This document shows positions 1 through 9,701 of a stretch of DNA of 64,000 nt, piece after piece. The stretch comes from Nitrosopumilus sp. (GTDB lineage: Archaea > Thermoproteota > Nitrososphaeria > Nitrososphaerales > Nitrosopumilaceae). The position numbers and the translations under genes were made by a program. The first letter of the stretch is position 1. Every line of letters begins with the position of its first letter. Under the pieces are notes generated by a model. It was not told the origin of the DNA. It did not search any database and saw nothing but the letters and a program-made list of their open reading frames with translations. The stretch is taken from NCBI GenBank assembly GCA_965214775.1, contig OZ243974.1, positions 224,001-288,000 of the forward strand, read 5' to 3'.

Positions 1-1107
1 GATGCCGAAAACTTCGAGCAATTCCTTCAGGGTCTGTACCGTACCGTTCTGCACGCTGTATTCCCTCTGGTCGCACTGCCACGTGTTGTATGTTACCATG
101 TGCCTCTTCTGGTCGTAGGTGTATCCGTCCCATCGCTTGTCGGAGATGCACTCGCTTGGCTTCTCGACCTCGGCCCTGACATTCCGTTCCGAGTCAAAGA
201 ACCTTATTTTCTCCGTTCCGATGTGCCCCGTCTTGCCGTCAAAGTGGACGTACAGCGGATAGTGGCCATAGAGTCCAATGTTTATCTGTAACTGATGTGC
301 ATTGACAAAATTGCGTCTGGGATGGATGGGCTCGTCGATCCTCAGCGTAAAGATTCCCCGGTTGTCCTCTATCTGGTTATATGGGTGGATGAGAAACCCA
401 TCAGCTAAAAGGCTGTGTGGCCGGTATCGATCTTGTCCAAAATAACCATCCGTGTATCCATCCGTCAGCAGATGCACCCTCTTGTCGGTTGCGATCTCTA
501 TGACAACCTGATCATAGTCGCGTCCGGTCGCTATCTGCCACCACGTGTTGCCGTCCTCGTCATCCCACGTGTCGTTCAGACCCCAGCCATACGCCCACGG
601 GTACCTCTCAAGGTTTGCCGGAGGGTACTCGTCGCCGTGCAGCTCGGAGAAGGTCTTGAGGAACGACCACGTGTAGTTCATGGTAAACGGCTGTCCCAGC
701 TCGAATGTCTCCGGATAGCTGAGGGAGGTCCACGGCTGCGTAAACATCCGGGGTTCCGCGGTATCTGCATGGCCCTCGTGCGAAGGCGGGCCGTAAAGCG
801 TCACCGTCTTTGTTTCTGATCTCCCGTAAGTGGCGTCGTCTGCAGTAGGATCAGTCCGTTCCTGTACATGGCCTGCGGCCACCTCCTGCCAGCCCATCCT
901 CTGTGCTGTCTCGGCATACACGCACGCAGGGGAGCCGTCGTCGCGTATAACAAGGATCCTGTCATGATTGCACTGGACATCCTCTGGAGAGACGCCGGCT
1001 GCAAGCTGCTTTAGCGGTGGGGGCAGTACCTCTGCGTACGCGGTGGCAGTAAGGGCCACTACAGCCAGAACAAGAAAGAGTCCTGCTGCGGAAAAGCGTC
1101 TAATCAT
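1..1107 (-). CDS. Secreted hypothetical protein (3' end runs off the window) with signal peptide and PLKQ-Cys leader domain
   Basis: Hand translation from ATG 1107: MIRRFSAAGLFLVLAVVALTATAYA-EVLPPPLKQLAAGVSPEDVQC...SPACVYAETAQRMGW..., open to base 1. Absent from the ORF track because it has no stop in the window. Confidence 0.85.
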   Translation of the reverse strand, partial: MIRRFSAAGLFLVLAVVALTATAYAEVLPPPLKQLAAGVSPEDVQCNHDRILVIRDDGSPACVYAETAQRMGWQEVAAGHVQERTDPTADDATYGRSETKTVTLYGPPSHEGHADTAEPRMFTQPWTSLSYPETFELGQPFTMNYTWSFLKTFSELHGDEYPPANLERYPWAYGWGLNDTWDDEDGNTWWQIATGRDYDQVVIEIATDKRVHLLTDGYTDGYFGQDRYRPHSLLADGFLIHPYNQIEDNRGIFTLRIDEPIHPRRNFVNAHQLQINIGLYGHYPLYVHFDGKTGHIGTEKIRFFDSERNVRAEVEKPSECISDKRWDGYTYDQKRHMVTYNTWQCDQREYSVQNGTVQTLKELLEVFGI

Positions 1108-1150
1108 GGCAGCTCTACAGGCATGTAGTTAAAAAGGCTGCTACCGCGTA
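975..1150 (-). repeat. Promoter + signal peptide + leader cassette, copy 1 (copy 2 at ~33270-33440)
   Basis: Near-identical nucleotide block, e.g. ggagagacgccggctgcaagctgctttagcgg...aagcgtctaatcatggcag...catgtagttaaaaaggctgc. Confidence 0.9.
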
Positions 1151-1153
1151 GTG

Positions 1154-2052
1154 TAGTCAACTCATAAAAAAACGGATGGTTCCGACAGCTGTTTTTGGGT
1201 CCAAAGATCTAGAATCAGGCAAACCACACGCACACGCATGAGAAAACATGTAGAATTCGCGGCATCACGTAGTGCACACAGTTGAAATCTGGACATTTTT
1301 TATCAGAATAGGCACAATATATCAAAACTGCAGTCCGTTTTTTTGATGTGCGCACTACGGAACAAATTCCTTCTAGGCAAAGTGCTCACCCTTCTGCAAG
1401 GCGTACTATGGTGACGACTAGAAATTTTTGGGAATGTATGGGTGTAAATTATGCAGAAATGCGTTTTTTGATGATCAAAGACTTTTAACCGTCACTATAA
1501 ACCCGGCAGCAAGGAATACAACAGATTGCTGCAGTAGCAGTCAGCACGTCAGCACGCCAGGTACTGGAACATCCTTATCGGAAGGATCTCGCGCCTGGCA
1601 AACAGATTCCGCACGGACTGCTCCATCTCATCAAGTGTCTCAAATATCCTGGCAGACAGCCTCCGCTTTATCTCCCTGTACGGTATCTCTACAGGATTGA
1701 GCTCCGGCGTGTACGGCAGTGTGTACTCCAGTATTATCTTGCCGTTATACTTTTCCAGCGTCTTCCTTACATCTGCGGACTTGTGGTATGACGCATTATC
1801 CAGGAATATCAGCACCTTTCCGTACTTTTCGTGCACCTTTTCCAAAAAGTCGCAAAAGCTGTCGGTGTTGGTCCTGTCATGGAACATAAAATAGAATATG
1901 CCGACTGCCAGCACGTCGAACATGTACCGGCGCTGCCGTGACAGCGTCAAGGGAGCCGTGACGCTCATGCCACGCCTGATCCACCCGTGTTTGGGGCTGT
2001 TGGAGGTCTTTTGGATGGATGACTCGTCCTCTGCCAGTATGGTATAACCTTG
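1154..2052 (-). mobile_element. Truncated IS630-family element (3' half of the transposase at 1549-2052), same family as 24827-26258
   Basis: EDES...FLDNASYH...PELNPVE DDE motifs. The end TAGTCAACTCATAAAAAAACG matches the end of the 24.8-kb element. The 5' part is lost at a MITE at 2053. Confidence 0.88.
1270..1357. mobile_element. MITE family C (TIR TAGTGCGCACA) inserted in the IS630 end
   Basis: TAGTGCACACA...TGTGCGCACTA with CG on both flanks; second copy at 53207-53297. Confidence 0.85.
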
Positions 2053-2145
2053 GTAACAGGTCGGGCTCTGGAAGCTCAGGCGTGAATCTTGCAACCCCGG
2101 AGGTTATCCGGGCAGCACCTCCAACCAGCAGGCTGATTTGGAAGT
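2053..2145. mobile_element. MITE family B, left part (GTAACAGGTCGGGCTCTGGAAG)
   Basis: Same terminus as the complete copy at 52394-52504. Confidence 0.75.
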
Positions 2146-2705
2146 TGTATAGTCCAAAAAATAGTTCACCCCTTCTCCGAGTGTGTAAAGTCAGTCAGGA
2201 GCAGATGTACAAGCCTGACCCACACTGGAAGTACAGGTGTGTGGGTCTGGCGACGAAAGCTCCGTAAATACGTGAGTCTTGAGCACCCAAACGGCATGAA
2301 GTTAAAGAAAAACCAGGTACAATGGATAGTGCAGGAAAAGAAAAAGGGCGAGCTTACCTGCGCCCATATAGCCGGAACCATGGACGTGACAGTACGGTGG
2401 GTCCAGAAGCTGTGGGCCAGAGCGATGATCCGAAATTAGAAGCCGTGCGAATTTTTCAAGTAATTTCACAGCTAACTTGTATTTTGGCGGTGTTTTGAGC
2501 CGTTTTATGCAAATTCATTCACAAATAATCAGAGTTTGCTAATTTCGAATCAACTCTCAGGTCGCCGGACTGGGACAGCCAGGAGACGCCCACACAGGCA
2601 TTTCTCAGAAAGATGCCCAAAGAGGGGGAAACCGTTATTGACGGGCAGACAGGAGAGGAGTATGATGTCAGATAAGGAGGAGCGAACTACTTTTTGGATC
2701 CCACA
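2146..2705 (+). mobile_element. Internally deleted IS481-family element
   Basis: TGT...ACA imperfect TIRs; N-terminal HTH MKLKKNQVQWIV...VTVRWVQKLWAR and C-terminal ETPTQAF, with the middle replaced by a MITE. Confidence 0.7.
2420..2558. mobile_element. MITE family A (~139 bp; TIR GAGAGGTGATCCGAAATTAG / CTAATTTCGAATCAACTCTC)
   Basis: Copies at 22742-22880, 52371-52624 and 60330-~60488. Confidence 0.85.
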
Positions 2706-2738
2706 GAATAAAAAATTTCTTGTTGTAATTTTTATTGT

Positions 2739-4327
2739 AGACCTTATGCGTAATCGACTGGATCGAAATATTACGTTTGCAAGCTGACCATACATGCAGA
2801 ACCGGCAGCGTCATACGGCATGTGCAAAGGCGGCAGAGGACACCGCACCGCATGTCATGAGCCCGTCTAGCTGACAAAAACTGTAGTATCGTGCGGCATC
2901 GTGTGGCGCCGCAATGCGCTCCGCGTCGTAATATCAGAACCCAAGCCTGAGCTTCTTGTCCCGCTTGTCCCACAGCGTCCTAAAGTTGGCAAGCCCGGCT
3001 GTCACCTGGAACTCCCGGTCAAACTCCTCGGCCGTCCCGTCGTACGGGTCGCGCATCCGCTTGTACTGTTTTACCAGCCATATGGCATGCTCGACTGTCA
3101 CCCTCTCGCTACTTGTCCTCCTGTTCTGTGCGCGCTGTTTCTTTGTAAGCTTGTCCCCCTTTGGTTTCTTGTGGGGCTGCATGGATATGACCCCTGGGTA
3201 CATTTTTTTGATTCCAAGGTACCCAAGATCCGATAACAGTTTTACCTTCTCGTCATCGGGATGCTTCCTGTTGCTGCGCATCCTGGCAGTCAGGATTCCC
3301 AGCTCCGGGGGGTTGTCCCTTATCATGGTGAGGTCGTGCGCGCTTCCCGGAGCCGACTTGCTTGCGTATATTATCAGCCTGTCCTTGTTGGTCATTACCT
3401 GGACGTTGCGCGTAAAGCTCTTCTTCTTGCCAGAGTACGCCTCCTTTCTTGGCTCCCTGTCTGTGGGGCGCTGTATGTCTATGTGCGTGCCGTCGACGGC
3501 TACGGTCAGGTCGGGGACGATCTTCATCAGATCCTCTATGGTGCATGTGTTTCGTATCTTCTGCGATATTTTATACGGCGTGGGCAGTATCTCAAGGAAT
3601 ATGATGTCAGAAAACTTGATGTACCTGCATACGGTGCTCTGGTCTATGCCAAAGAATGCCGCCAGCTGCTCCTGGATGAGGTTTCCGCGCTTGCGCATCA
3701 GGGCCAGCAGGAAGGCGTGTCTGTAGGACAGCTTGCACCGGTTTCCGGGCCCGTCGTCCTCGTCCTCAGAAAACAGGGGGCATTCTGTATGCTTTTTGGC
3801 CTTCTCCATATACAGGTTTAATATATATTCAAACTGACGCAGGTTCAGGGACGTGGTGGCCTGCAGGGATCGGCCGCCGATTATGTCATCAAGCACCTCG
3901 AGCCTGTGCATGAACGCGACGTTCTCTGTGGTACGCCTTTTGTCATTCCATGTTACAGGCCAGAACCCGCGCTCAAAGTCCAGCATCTGGTTTAACTGCC
4001 CTATCTTGTCCTGGGCCTGCTCGTACATTTGCCTGTACTGTGCATTCTCCCTCCCTTGCTGCCTGGCCTCCCTCTTGTACTGCATCTTCTCCTGCTCGTA
4101 CATTTGCCTGTACTGCTCATTCTCTTTGCTCAGTTGCCGTATAAGCACGGTCTCGGATTTTGCCATCACTCCTGTTCGAGGATGGATCCCGGATCTAAAT
4201 CAACCGACTGAAAATAGTCGCAGTTTTGATCAAATATTTTGGACAATGCGAGGCGCTGCCTGCCAGCCTGATGCATGATCAGCTTGCAAACAGGATATTT
4301 CGATCCGGGCGATTACGCATAAAGTCT
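2739..4327 (-). mobile_element. Complete IS5-family element (ISL2/PIF-Harbinger-like)
   Basis: ~50-bp imperfect TIRs AGAC(C/T)TTATGCGTAATCG...TTTGCAAGCTGA with a 3-bp TGT direct repeat on the flanks. Confidence 0.85.
2934..4169 (-). CDS. IS5-family DDE transposase (HTH_Tnp_4 + DDE_Tnp_4-like)
   Basis: LAAFFGIDQSTVCR HTH; VDGTH, YSGKKK, HD, SDLGYLG, RVTVEHAI motifs. Confidence 0.9.
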   Translation of the reverse strand: MMAKSETVLIRQLSKENEQYRQMYEQEKMQYKREARQQGRENAQYRQMYEQAQDKIGQLNQMLDFERGFWPVTWNDKRRTTENVAFMHRLEVLDDIIGGRSLQATTSLNLRQFEYILNLYMEKAKKHTECPLFSEDEDDGPGNRCKLSYRHAFLLALMRKRGNLIQEQLAAFFGIDQSTVCRYIKFSDIIFLEILPTPYKISQKIRNTCTIEDLMKIVPDLTVAVDGTHIDIQRPTDREPRKEAYSGKKKSFTRNVQVMTNKDRLIIYASKSAPGSAHDLTMIRDNPPELGILTARMRSNRKHPDDEKVKLLSDLGYLGIKKMYPGVISMQPHKKPKGDKLTKKQRAQNRRTSSERVTVEHAIWLVKQYKRMRDPYDGTAEEFDREFQVTAGLANFRTLWDKRDKKLRLGF

Positions 4328-4537
4328 TGTGTTTACAATTTATCTGCTTATGCCTACTATTGGCAATGCCTGTATGTAAAATAACCTAGGTCTTGACGAT
4401 TTGTGTCTGGAGATATGGCGTAATGGCCCTAACATCACTACTGATATTTGGAATGATGATAAAACAATGTGGCATGGAGACGATTAGATGTTGCTTGTTC
4501 ATCGAAGGCTCTGCGCGAAGATCCTTGCAAGCGAGCC

Positions 4538-5086
4538 TCAGAAAGTTAGACAGTCGTGTATCTGCTTGAGGATTCTTGCCGAAGCCCCCCAGACAATCTT
4601 CTTTTTGTATTCAAAAGTATGCATTTCTTGAATAATGTTGTGCAAAGGATCCGGATCAGCTGCCATAGTTCCTAAAAAGGATTCCAAGGGAATGTGAAAA
4701 ATTTTTTCGACCTCAGCATTTGCCAAAAGTGGAGGCACAGAATCAACAATCGAAACAAAGGGCAATATCAGAAAACCAGAATTCAAGGTGACTACAGGTT
4801 CTAGCTGGCCAATCACTTGATCCTTTGATATTGCCAGGCCTATCTCCTCACGAGTCTCTCTTAGTGCTGTTTCTAGCAAATCAGAATCAGACGAATCAAG
4901 CTTCCCACCTGGAAAGGAGATTTCTCCTGCATGAAATTTCATGCTTTTTGGCTTTTCGGTCATTATTATGACAGGGTCTCTGCCATAAATCACAACAAGA
5001 ACCGAAGCAAGCCTGTAATCTTTATGGTCAGTAATTTCCGGATCCAATGATGTTGACAGGACAGATTTTAAATTTTCAAGCAGCAT
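4538..5086 (-). CDS. NUDIX hydrolase, CoA pyrophosphatase-like
   Basis: HAGEISFPGG...ALRETREEIG Nudix box and VWGASA; start placed at MLLENL. Confidence 0.88.
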   Translation of the reverse strand: MLLENLKSVLSTSLDPEITDHKDYRLASVLVVIYGRDPVIIMTEKPKSMKFHAGEISFPGGKLDSSDSDLLETALRETREEIGLAISKDQVIGQLEPVVTLNSGFLILPFVSIVDSVPPLLANAEVEKIFHIPLESFLGTMAADPDPLHNIIQEMHTFEYKKKIVWGASARILKQIHDCLTF

Positions 5087-5159
5087 CAGAATTCCTTCCT
5101 TCCATTCAATACAAGTTTTGGTATTCAAAGGTTTTAACCAAGGATTAAAAAATGAGATC

Positions 5160-5894
5160 ATGACAATCAGATACGAGGCAAATCCTCCAAAAATTGCATC
5201 TGATGCGGATGCATCCAAGCTGATTGAAAAATTTGTAGACAGGATAAAAATAATTTCTAAAAAATGCGATGCAATTCATCTTACTGAAAATGTGTTGGGA
5301 TTTCAAAGGGTCTCGCCAATTGAGGCCGGAAAGATCATCAGAAAAGAGATTCCCGATCTGCCAATTACGGTCAGTCTCAGGGTTCGAGACAAAAAGGAAG
5401 ACGAGGTCATAGAATTTGTAGAAAGGTGTGTTTCGATAGGCTTTGAGGGAATTCTTGTTCTGATGGGAGACCCGTCCCAATCGGGAAAAGAGGACTCTGG
5501 GTTAATCCCCAGTCAAACTGTAAAAATGCTAAGGGGGAGGGGATTTGATGCAAAGGTTGATCTTTATCTTTCAATTTCAAACAAGCCCGATTTTAAGAAA
5601 ATCGGAAAGAAGATAGATGCAAAACCCAAGGGGTTCATGACGCAGGTGGTGCAGAATTTGCAACAGGTTCAAAGGCTAAGTGACAATCTAAAGGGGTTTG
5701 AGGTCATCCCCATCATCTTGTATCCGTCACAGAAAAACAAAAAATCCGCAAAATTTTTGAATCTGGACCTGCAAGAGTACTCGAAAGATTTCGAGGGCTT
5801 TGTCTCAAAAACCCATGAGGTTACATCCGATATATTGCTAACTTCTCCAAGTGATTTTGACGGATTAAATGAATTCCTAGACAATAAAATCTAG
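5160..5894 (+). CDS. Methylenetetrahydrofolate reductase-like protein
   Basis: YEANPP, ILVLMGDP, FMTQ motifs; adjacent to metH genes. Confidence 0.75.
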   Translation: MTIRYEANPPKIASDADASKLIEKFVDRIKIISKKCDAIHLTENVLGFQRVSPIEAGKIIRKEIPDLPITVSLRVRDKKEDEVIEFVERCVSIGFEGILVLMGDPSQSGKEDSGLIPSQTVKMLRGRGFDAKVDLYLSISNKPDFKKIGKKIDAKPKGFMTQVVQNLQQVQRLSDNLKGFEVIPIILYPSQKNKKSAKFLNLDLQEYSKDFEGFVSKTHEVTSDILLTSPSDFDGLNEFLDNKI

Positions 5895-8425
5895 AGATCA
5901 AAGTATCGTGCCCCGGGATGATGCACGACGATTGCGGCAGTGGATTGCTCTGGAATGATCTGTCCTGACTCAGTCAACGTCATGCCTGACTGCTCAGGAT
6001 GCAGTAATTTCCAGACAAGGTGGTGCTGTGAGACATCAGGGCAGCTCGAAAAGCCCCAGCTGTATCTAAGGCCGCCTTGCTGCAGACCCATCTCATTTTT
6101 GATTTTTTGGTTGACCCATTCAGCCAAGGCTTCTGCTACTTCAACTGCCAACCCGTGAAGATAGTATGCATCAGCGTACTTGTCTTCCTTGTTCCATTGC
6201 TCAATGATATCAACGACTCTGTTTCCTACGGTAACTGATTGGAATGCAACGATGTCGTCAGCTCCAAAATAATCAGCCAGACACAAATGCTCGGGCTTTG
6301 TTGAGCGAGGAAAGTCAAATTCGACGTTTCTGCCTTCAGGGTTTTCAACTGAAAGCTTCCCGTCCTTGTTTTGGCATCTGAAATACCCATAAACTATTTC
6401 AGGCTCAAAGAGTTTCTCGCGAGCTATCCGAGTCTTCCATTCACCTAGCAGTTGTTCGTGTTCTTCTCGGGATTCAGAGCCTGCCTTTCCCCTTAGGCCC
6501 CAGGAAAGCTTGAAGAGGGATCCTTTGTCAATCAGCTCCCAAACCTCGTCCATCTTGATTTGATCAGATTTGAGTCGAATCGGTTCTCCTATGTTCGAGA
6601 TTAAGGGAGGGGAAACCGGAACGACGTCGCTTTTTGGAAGGCTTGCGGGATCTACCGGAGCAGTTGCTGTCCTTTCCTTCCAGTTTTCAAGCTTTTCTTT
6701 CCAATCAGACAAAAGTTTTGGCTTTTCGTCCGAGATTAAAACATCCATTGTCTTTAGTCCTTCAAACATAGTGTTGCAGTAAAAGACGCCGGGTTCATAG
6801 ATGCCGCCCTGCTTTGCAATCCTGTTAATGTAGTTGCTGTTTATGGCAGCACCGCCGCACATTATTGGGATGTCCATGCTGTTTTTTCTTGCATGCTCTA
6901 CAAAGAGTTGCATCTGTTTTGACGTGGACACCAGCAATGCAGACAGGCCGACTGCATCAGGTTTGACCTCGTCAATCTTTTCCAGGAATTTTTGTAATGG
7001 TACTTGCTTGCCAAGATCATGTACCTCATAGCCGTTGTTTTGGAAGATTGTCTTTACGAGATTTTTTCCGATGTCATGGACATCGCCGTAAACTGTTCCC
7101 AGGACCAGCTTGCCCTTGCTGGTTCCCTCCTCTTTGAGCAGGTACTTTTCAAGTTCTCCAACTGCAGCCTTCATGCATTCAGCGGATTTCAGAACAAATG
7201 GCAGTATCAATTCCCCCGAACCAAACTTGTCGCCGACCTCCTTCATTGCCGGAAGCAGGTCGTCATTGAGGGTCTTGATTGCGCCATCGTGGGTTGTTTC
7301 TGGTGTCGCATCCAGAGTAAAATGGCCGTCAACCTCCTTTACGAGATCAGGTCTTCCCAAATTTTCGGCAATTGCGCAAAGGACGTCATTCTGAATGCCG
7401 TCCTTGAGCCTGTTTACAATTCTGAAATTGGCTCTTTTGCCTGCCGGCCACGAGGGATCAACGTCCGTATTCTTCCCAGCAGAACTGCCTTGAGGGCCTC
7501 CTCCTCTTCCTCCTCTTCCTCCCGCATTTTCAAAGTACGAAATCAAGTCAGAAAGAGCGCTTGGGTGAGAATTGTAGATCAAGTCTTCTGCAAGTCTTCT
7601 TTCCCTTTTGTCAATTTCCCCATAAGGAATAATCTCCTTGGCATTTACAATTACAGTGTCTAATCCGGCCTTGACTGCATGGTACAAAAATACAGAATTG
7701 AGAATTTTTCTTGCGTAAGGAACCAAACCAAAACTGATGTTGCTAAGGCCAAGAGTGGTAAATGATTGGGGGTATTTTTCCTTTACAAGCCTGATTCCTT
7801 CCAGAGTATTTTTTCCAGCGTCCAGAAACTCGTCTTCCCCTGTGGCTAGCGTAAAAGTCAAAACGTCAAAAATGAACTGTTCGATTTTCAACCCGTGTTT
7901 TTTTCCGGTTTCAAAAAGCAATTCAGCTGTTGCGACTTTTTGCTCGGGGGTTTTGGCCATTCCTTCAGGGCCAATGCACAATGCAATTGCAGGCAACCCG
8001 TATTTTGCCATAAGAGGCGCCAGCCTTTCAAATCTGCTTCCGTCGCCTTCCAGGTTTATCGAATTGATTATCGGCCTCCCGGGAATTTGCCGGACAGCAG
8101 AGTCAATTACGTCCGGATCAGTAGAGTCAATTACCAGCGGGGCGTCAATCTCCAAGCTCAGTCGCTTTACAAGATTTAGCATGAATTCTTTTTCGTCAGA
8201 ACGCTCAGTCGTTGCAACACAGACATCAAGACAATGTGCCCCGTCATCAACCTGAACTCTTCCAAGATCAACCAGACCGTCAAAATCATCCTCAAGTACC
8301 ATCTTTTTGGCTTTTCTAGAGCCCTGCGTGTTGATTCGTTCTCCAATGATTAATGGCGCAGGAGCCTGTTTTAGATCGACTGCTTTTAGTGCAGAACTGA
8401 CTCTAGGGGTGGTGGCTGTCAACAT
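5891..8425 (-). CDS. metH: B12-dependent methionine synthase: pterin-binding, cobalamin-binding and activation domains
   Basis: IIGERIN, GDVHDIGKNLV, RYSWGFSSCPD, PEQSTAA. Confidence 0.93.
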   Translation of the reverse strand: MLTATTPRVSSALKAVDLKQAPAPLIIGERINTQGSRKAKKMVLEDDFDGLVDLGRVQVDDGAHCLDVCVATTERSDEKEFMLNLVKRLSLEIDAPLVIDSTDPDVIDSAVRQIPGRPIINSINLEGDGSRFERLAPLMAKYGLPAIALCIGPEGMAKTPEQKVATAELLFETGKKHGLKIEQFIFDVLTFTLATGEDEFLDAGKNTLEGIRLVKEKYPQSFTTLGLSNISFGLVPYARKILNSVFLYHAVKAGLDTVIVNAKEIIPYGEIDKRERRLAEDLIYNSHPSALSDLISYFENAGGRGGRGGGPQGSSAGKNTDVDPSWPAGKRANFRIVNRLKDGIQNDVLCAIAENLGRPDLVKEVDGHFTLDATPETTHDGAIKTLNDDLLPAMKEVGDKFGSGELILPFVLKSAECMKAAVGELEKYLLKEEGTSKGKLVLGTVYGDVHDIGKNLVKTIFQNNGYEVHDLGKQVPLQKFLEKIDEVKPDAVGLSALLVSTSKQMQLFVEHARKNSMDIPIMCGGAAINSNYINRIAKQGGIYEPGVFYCNTMFEGLKTMDVLISDEKPKLLSDWKEKLENWKERTATAPVDPASLPKSDVVPVSPPLISNIGEPIRLKSDQIKMDEVWELIDKGSLFKLSWGLRGKAGSESREEHEQLLGEWKTRIAREKLFEPEIVYGYFRCQNKDGKLSVENPEGRNVEFDFPRSTKPEHLCLADYFGADDIVAFQSVTVGNRVVDIIEQWNKEDKYADAYYLHGLAVEVAEALAEWVNQKIKNEMGLQQGGLRYSWGFSSCPDVSQHHLVWKLLHPEQSGMTLTESGQIIPEQSTAAIVVHHPGARYFDL

Positions 8426-8454
8426 TGTAGAATCGCCAAGGTTTTTCTAAATAC

Positions 8455-9417
8455 CTAACCCTTGAGAGAGTTGTCTTTTTCGTCAATTACTTTTCTTAGC
8501 TCTTTGATATGTTCAGGGCCCGTTCCACAGCATCCTCCAATTATTCGAACCTGGTCAAATTGCCTGAGAAAATCACCCAATGCCCTGCCCATGTTTTCGG
8601 GAGTCATTTTGTAGACTGCCTGGCCTCCCTCGTTTTCAGGCATGCCGGCATTTGGAACAACTAGGATGTTGTGCTCTTTTTGCTCATCTAGCCACTGAAC
8701 GCTGGGAGTCATCTCAATTGGGCCAGTTGAGCAGTTCAAACCAAAGACATCAATACCCATATCAGAGACTGTAGTGTATGCTGCCTGGATGTTTGTGCCA
8801 AGCAGCATCTTTCCGTATTGATCTAGCGTAGTATTTGCAATGATTGGGACATTTTTCCCGGTCTTTTTTATTGCCTCATGACACGCCTCAATTGCCAGTT
8901 TTACTTCCAAAATGTCCTGGCTGGTCTCGATCAGTAACGCATCGGCCCGGCCAAGGATTAGTCCCTCGGCCTGAAGCTCAAATGCATCCTTAATTTCATC
9001 TAGTGGTTTTTGTCCCAAATCAGGATCATCGGAGCTGGGTAGGAAACCAGAGGGGCCCATTGCGCCAATCACATATCTTGGCCTGTCAGAATATTCCTGT
9101 GCCGCCTCAAAAGCTAACGCCGCAATTTTTTTATTAAAATCAGTCGTCTGATCACCAAAGCCGTATTCATCTAATTTGATCTTGTTTGAGCCAAAAGAAT
9201 TTGTTTCAATGCAATCAGAACCGGCATCCAAATAATTCCTATGGATTTGCTTTATCCATTCAGGATGAGTCAACACCAAACCGTCGTTGAATCCGTCCTG
9301 GTTGTTAGGAAAATCTTCAGGTTTTGGATCATACTTTTGAATTTCAGTACCCATTGCGCCATCAAACAGCAATACTCTTGATCGGAGTGCCTGCAGAAAC
9401 GGTTCTTTGTCAGTCAA
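8455..9417 (-). CDS. metH: Methionine synthase homocysteine-binding subunit (split MetH)
   Basis: DGAMGT, GLNCSTGP, PNAG, GGCCGT. Confidence 0.93.
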   Translation of the reverse strand: MTDKEPFLQALRSRVLLFDGAMGTEIQKYDPKPEDFPNNQDGFNDGLVLTHPEWIKQIHRNYLDAGSDCIETNSFGSNKIKLDEYGFGDQTTDFNKKIAALAFEAAQEYSDRPRYVIGAMGPSGFLPSSDDPDLGQKPLDEIKDAFELQAEGLILGRADALLIETSQDILEVKLAIEACHEAIKKTGKNVPIIANTTLDQYGKMLLGTNIQAAYTTVSDMGIDVFGLNCSTGPIEMTPSVQWLDEQKEHNILVVPNAGMPENEGGQAVYKMTPENMGRALGDFLRQFDQVRIIGGCCGTGPEHIKELRKVIDEKDNSLKG

Positions 9418-9701
9418 TTTGATTTGAAAACAAATTAGCACAGTTTAACTCTTTTCTGAAAAATCATCGTGAAAAGAGGAGGGCATGTGCATGTTGAAAC
9501 TAGGCAGAGATGGTTCGTCGTACGCTTGTACAACATGCCACGACGGCAGTTACCGGAGATTTGCGGAAATTTTTTTAGACTTGTGCCTGAATTCTTCACG
9601 AGTACAACACCAGATCCGGTAGATTGAAGTGTAACCCACCCATCTGCCTGCCTACCCACCCACGGGTAAATCCTTACCTAAAGGCCAGAAGGCAACATCA
9701 T

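Noticed and set aside
100-1004. Short ORFs listed in the track
   Set aside because: They overlap the real minus-strand gene at 1-1107
5891-9441. Split MetH as a novelty or pseudogene
   Set aside because: Both parts are intact, and a two-gene MetH is usual in this lineage
9445-9700. Cobalamin riboswitch upstream of metH
   Set aside because: No recognisable B12-box by eye; the region looks more like decayed MITE sequence, and an Infernal search would be needed
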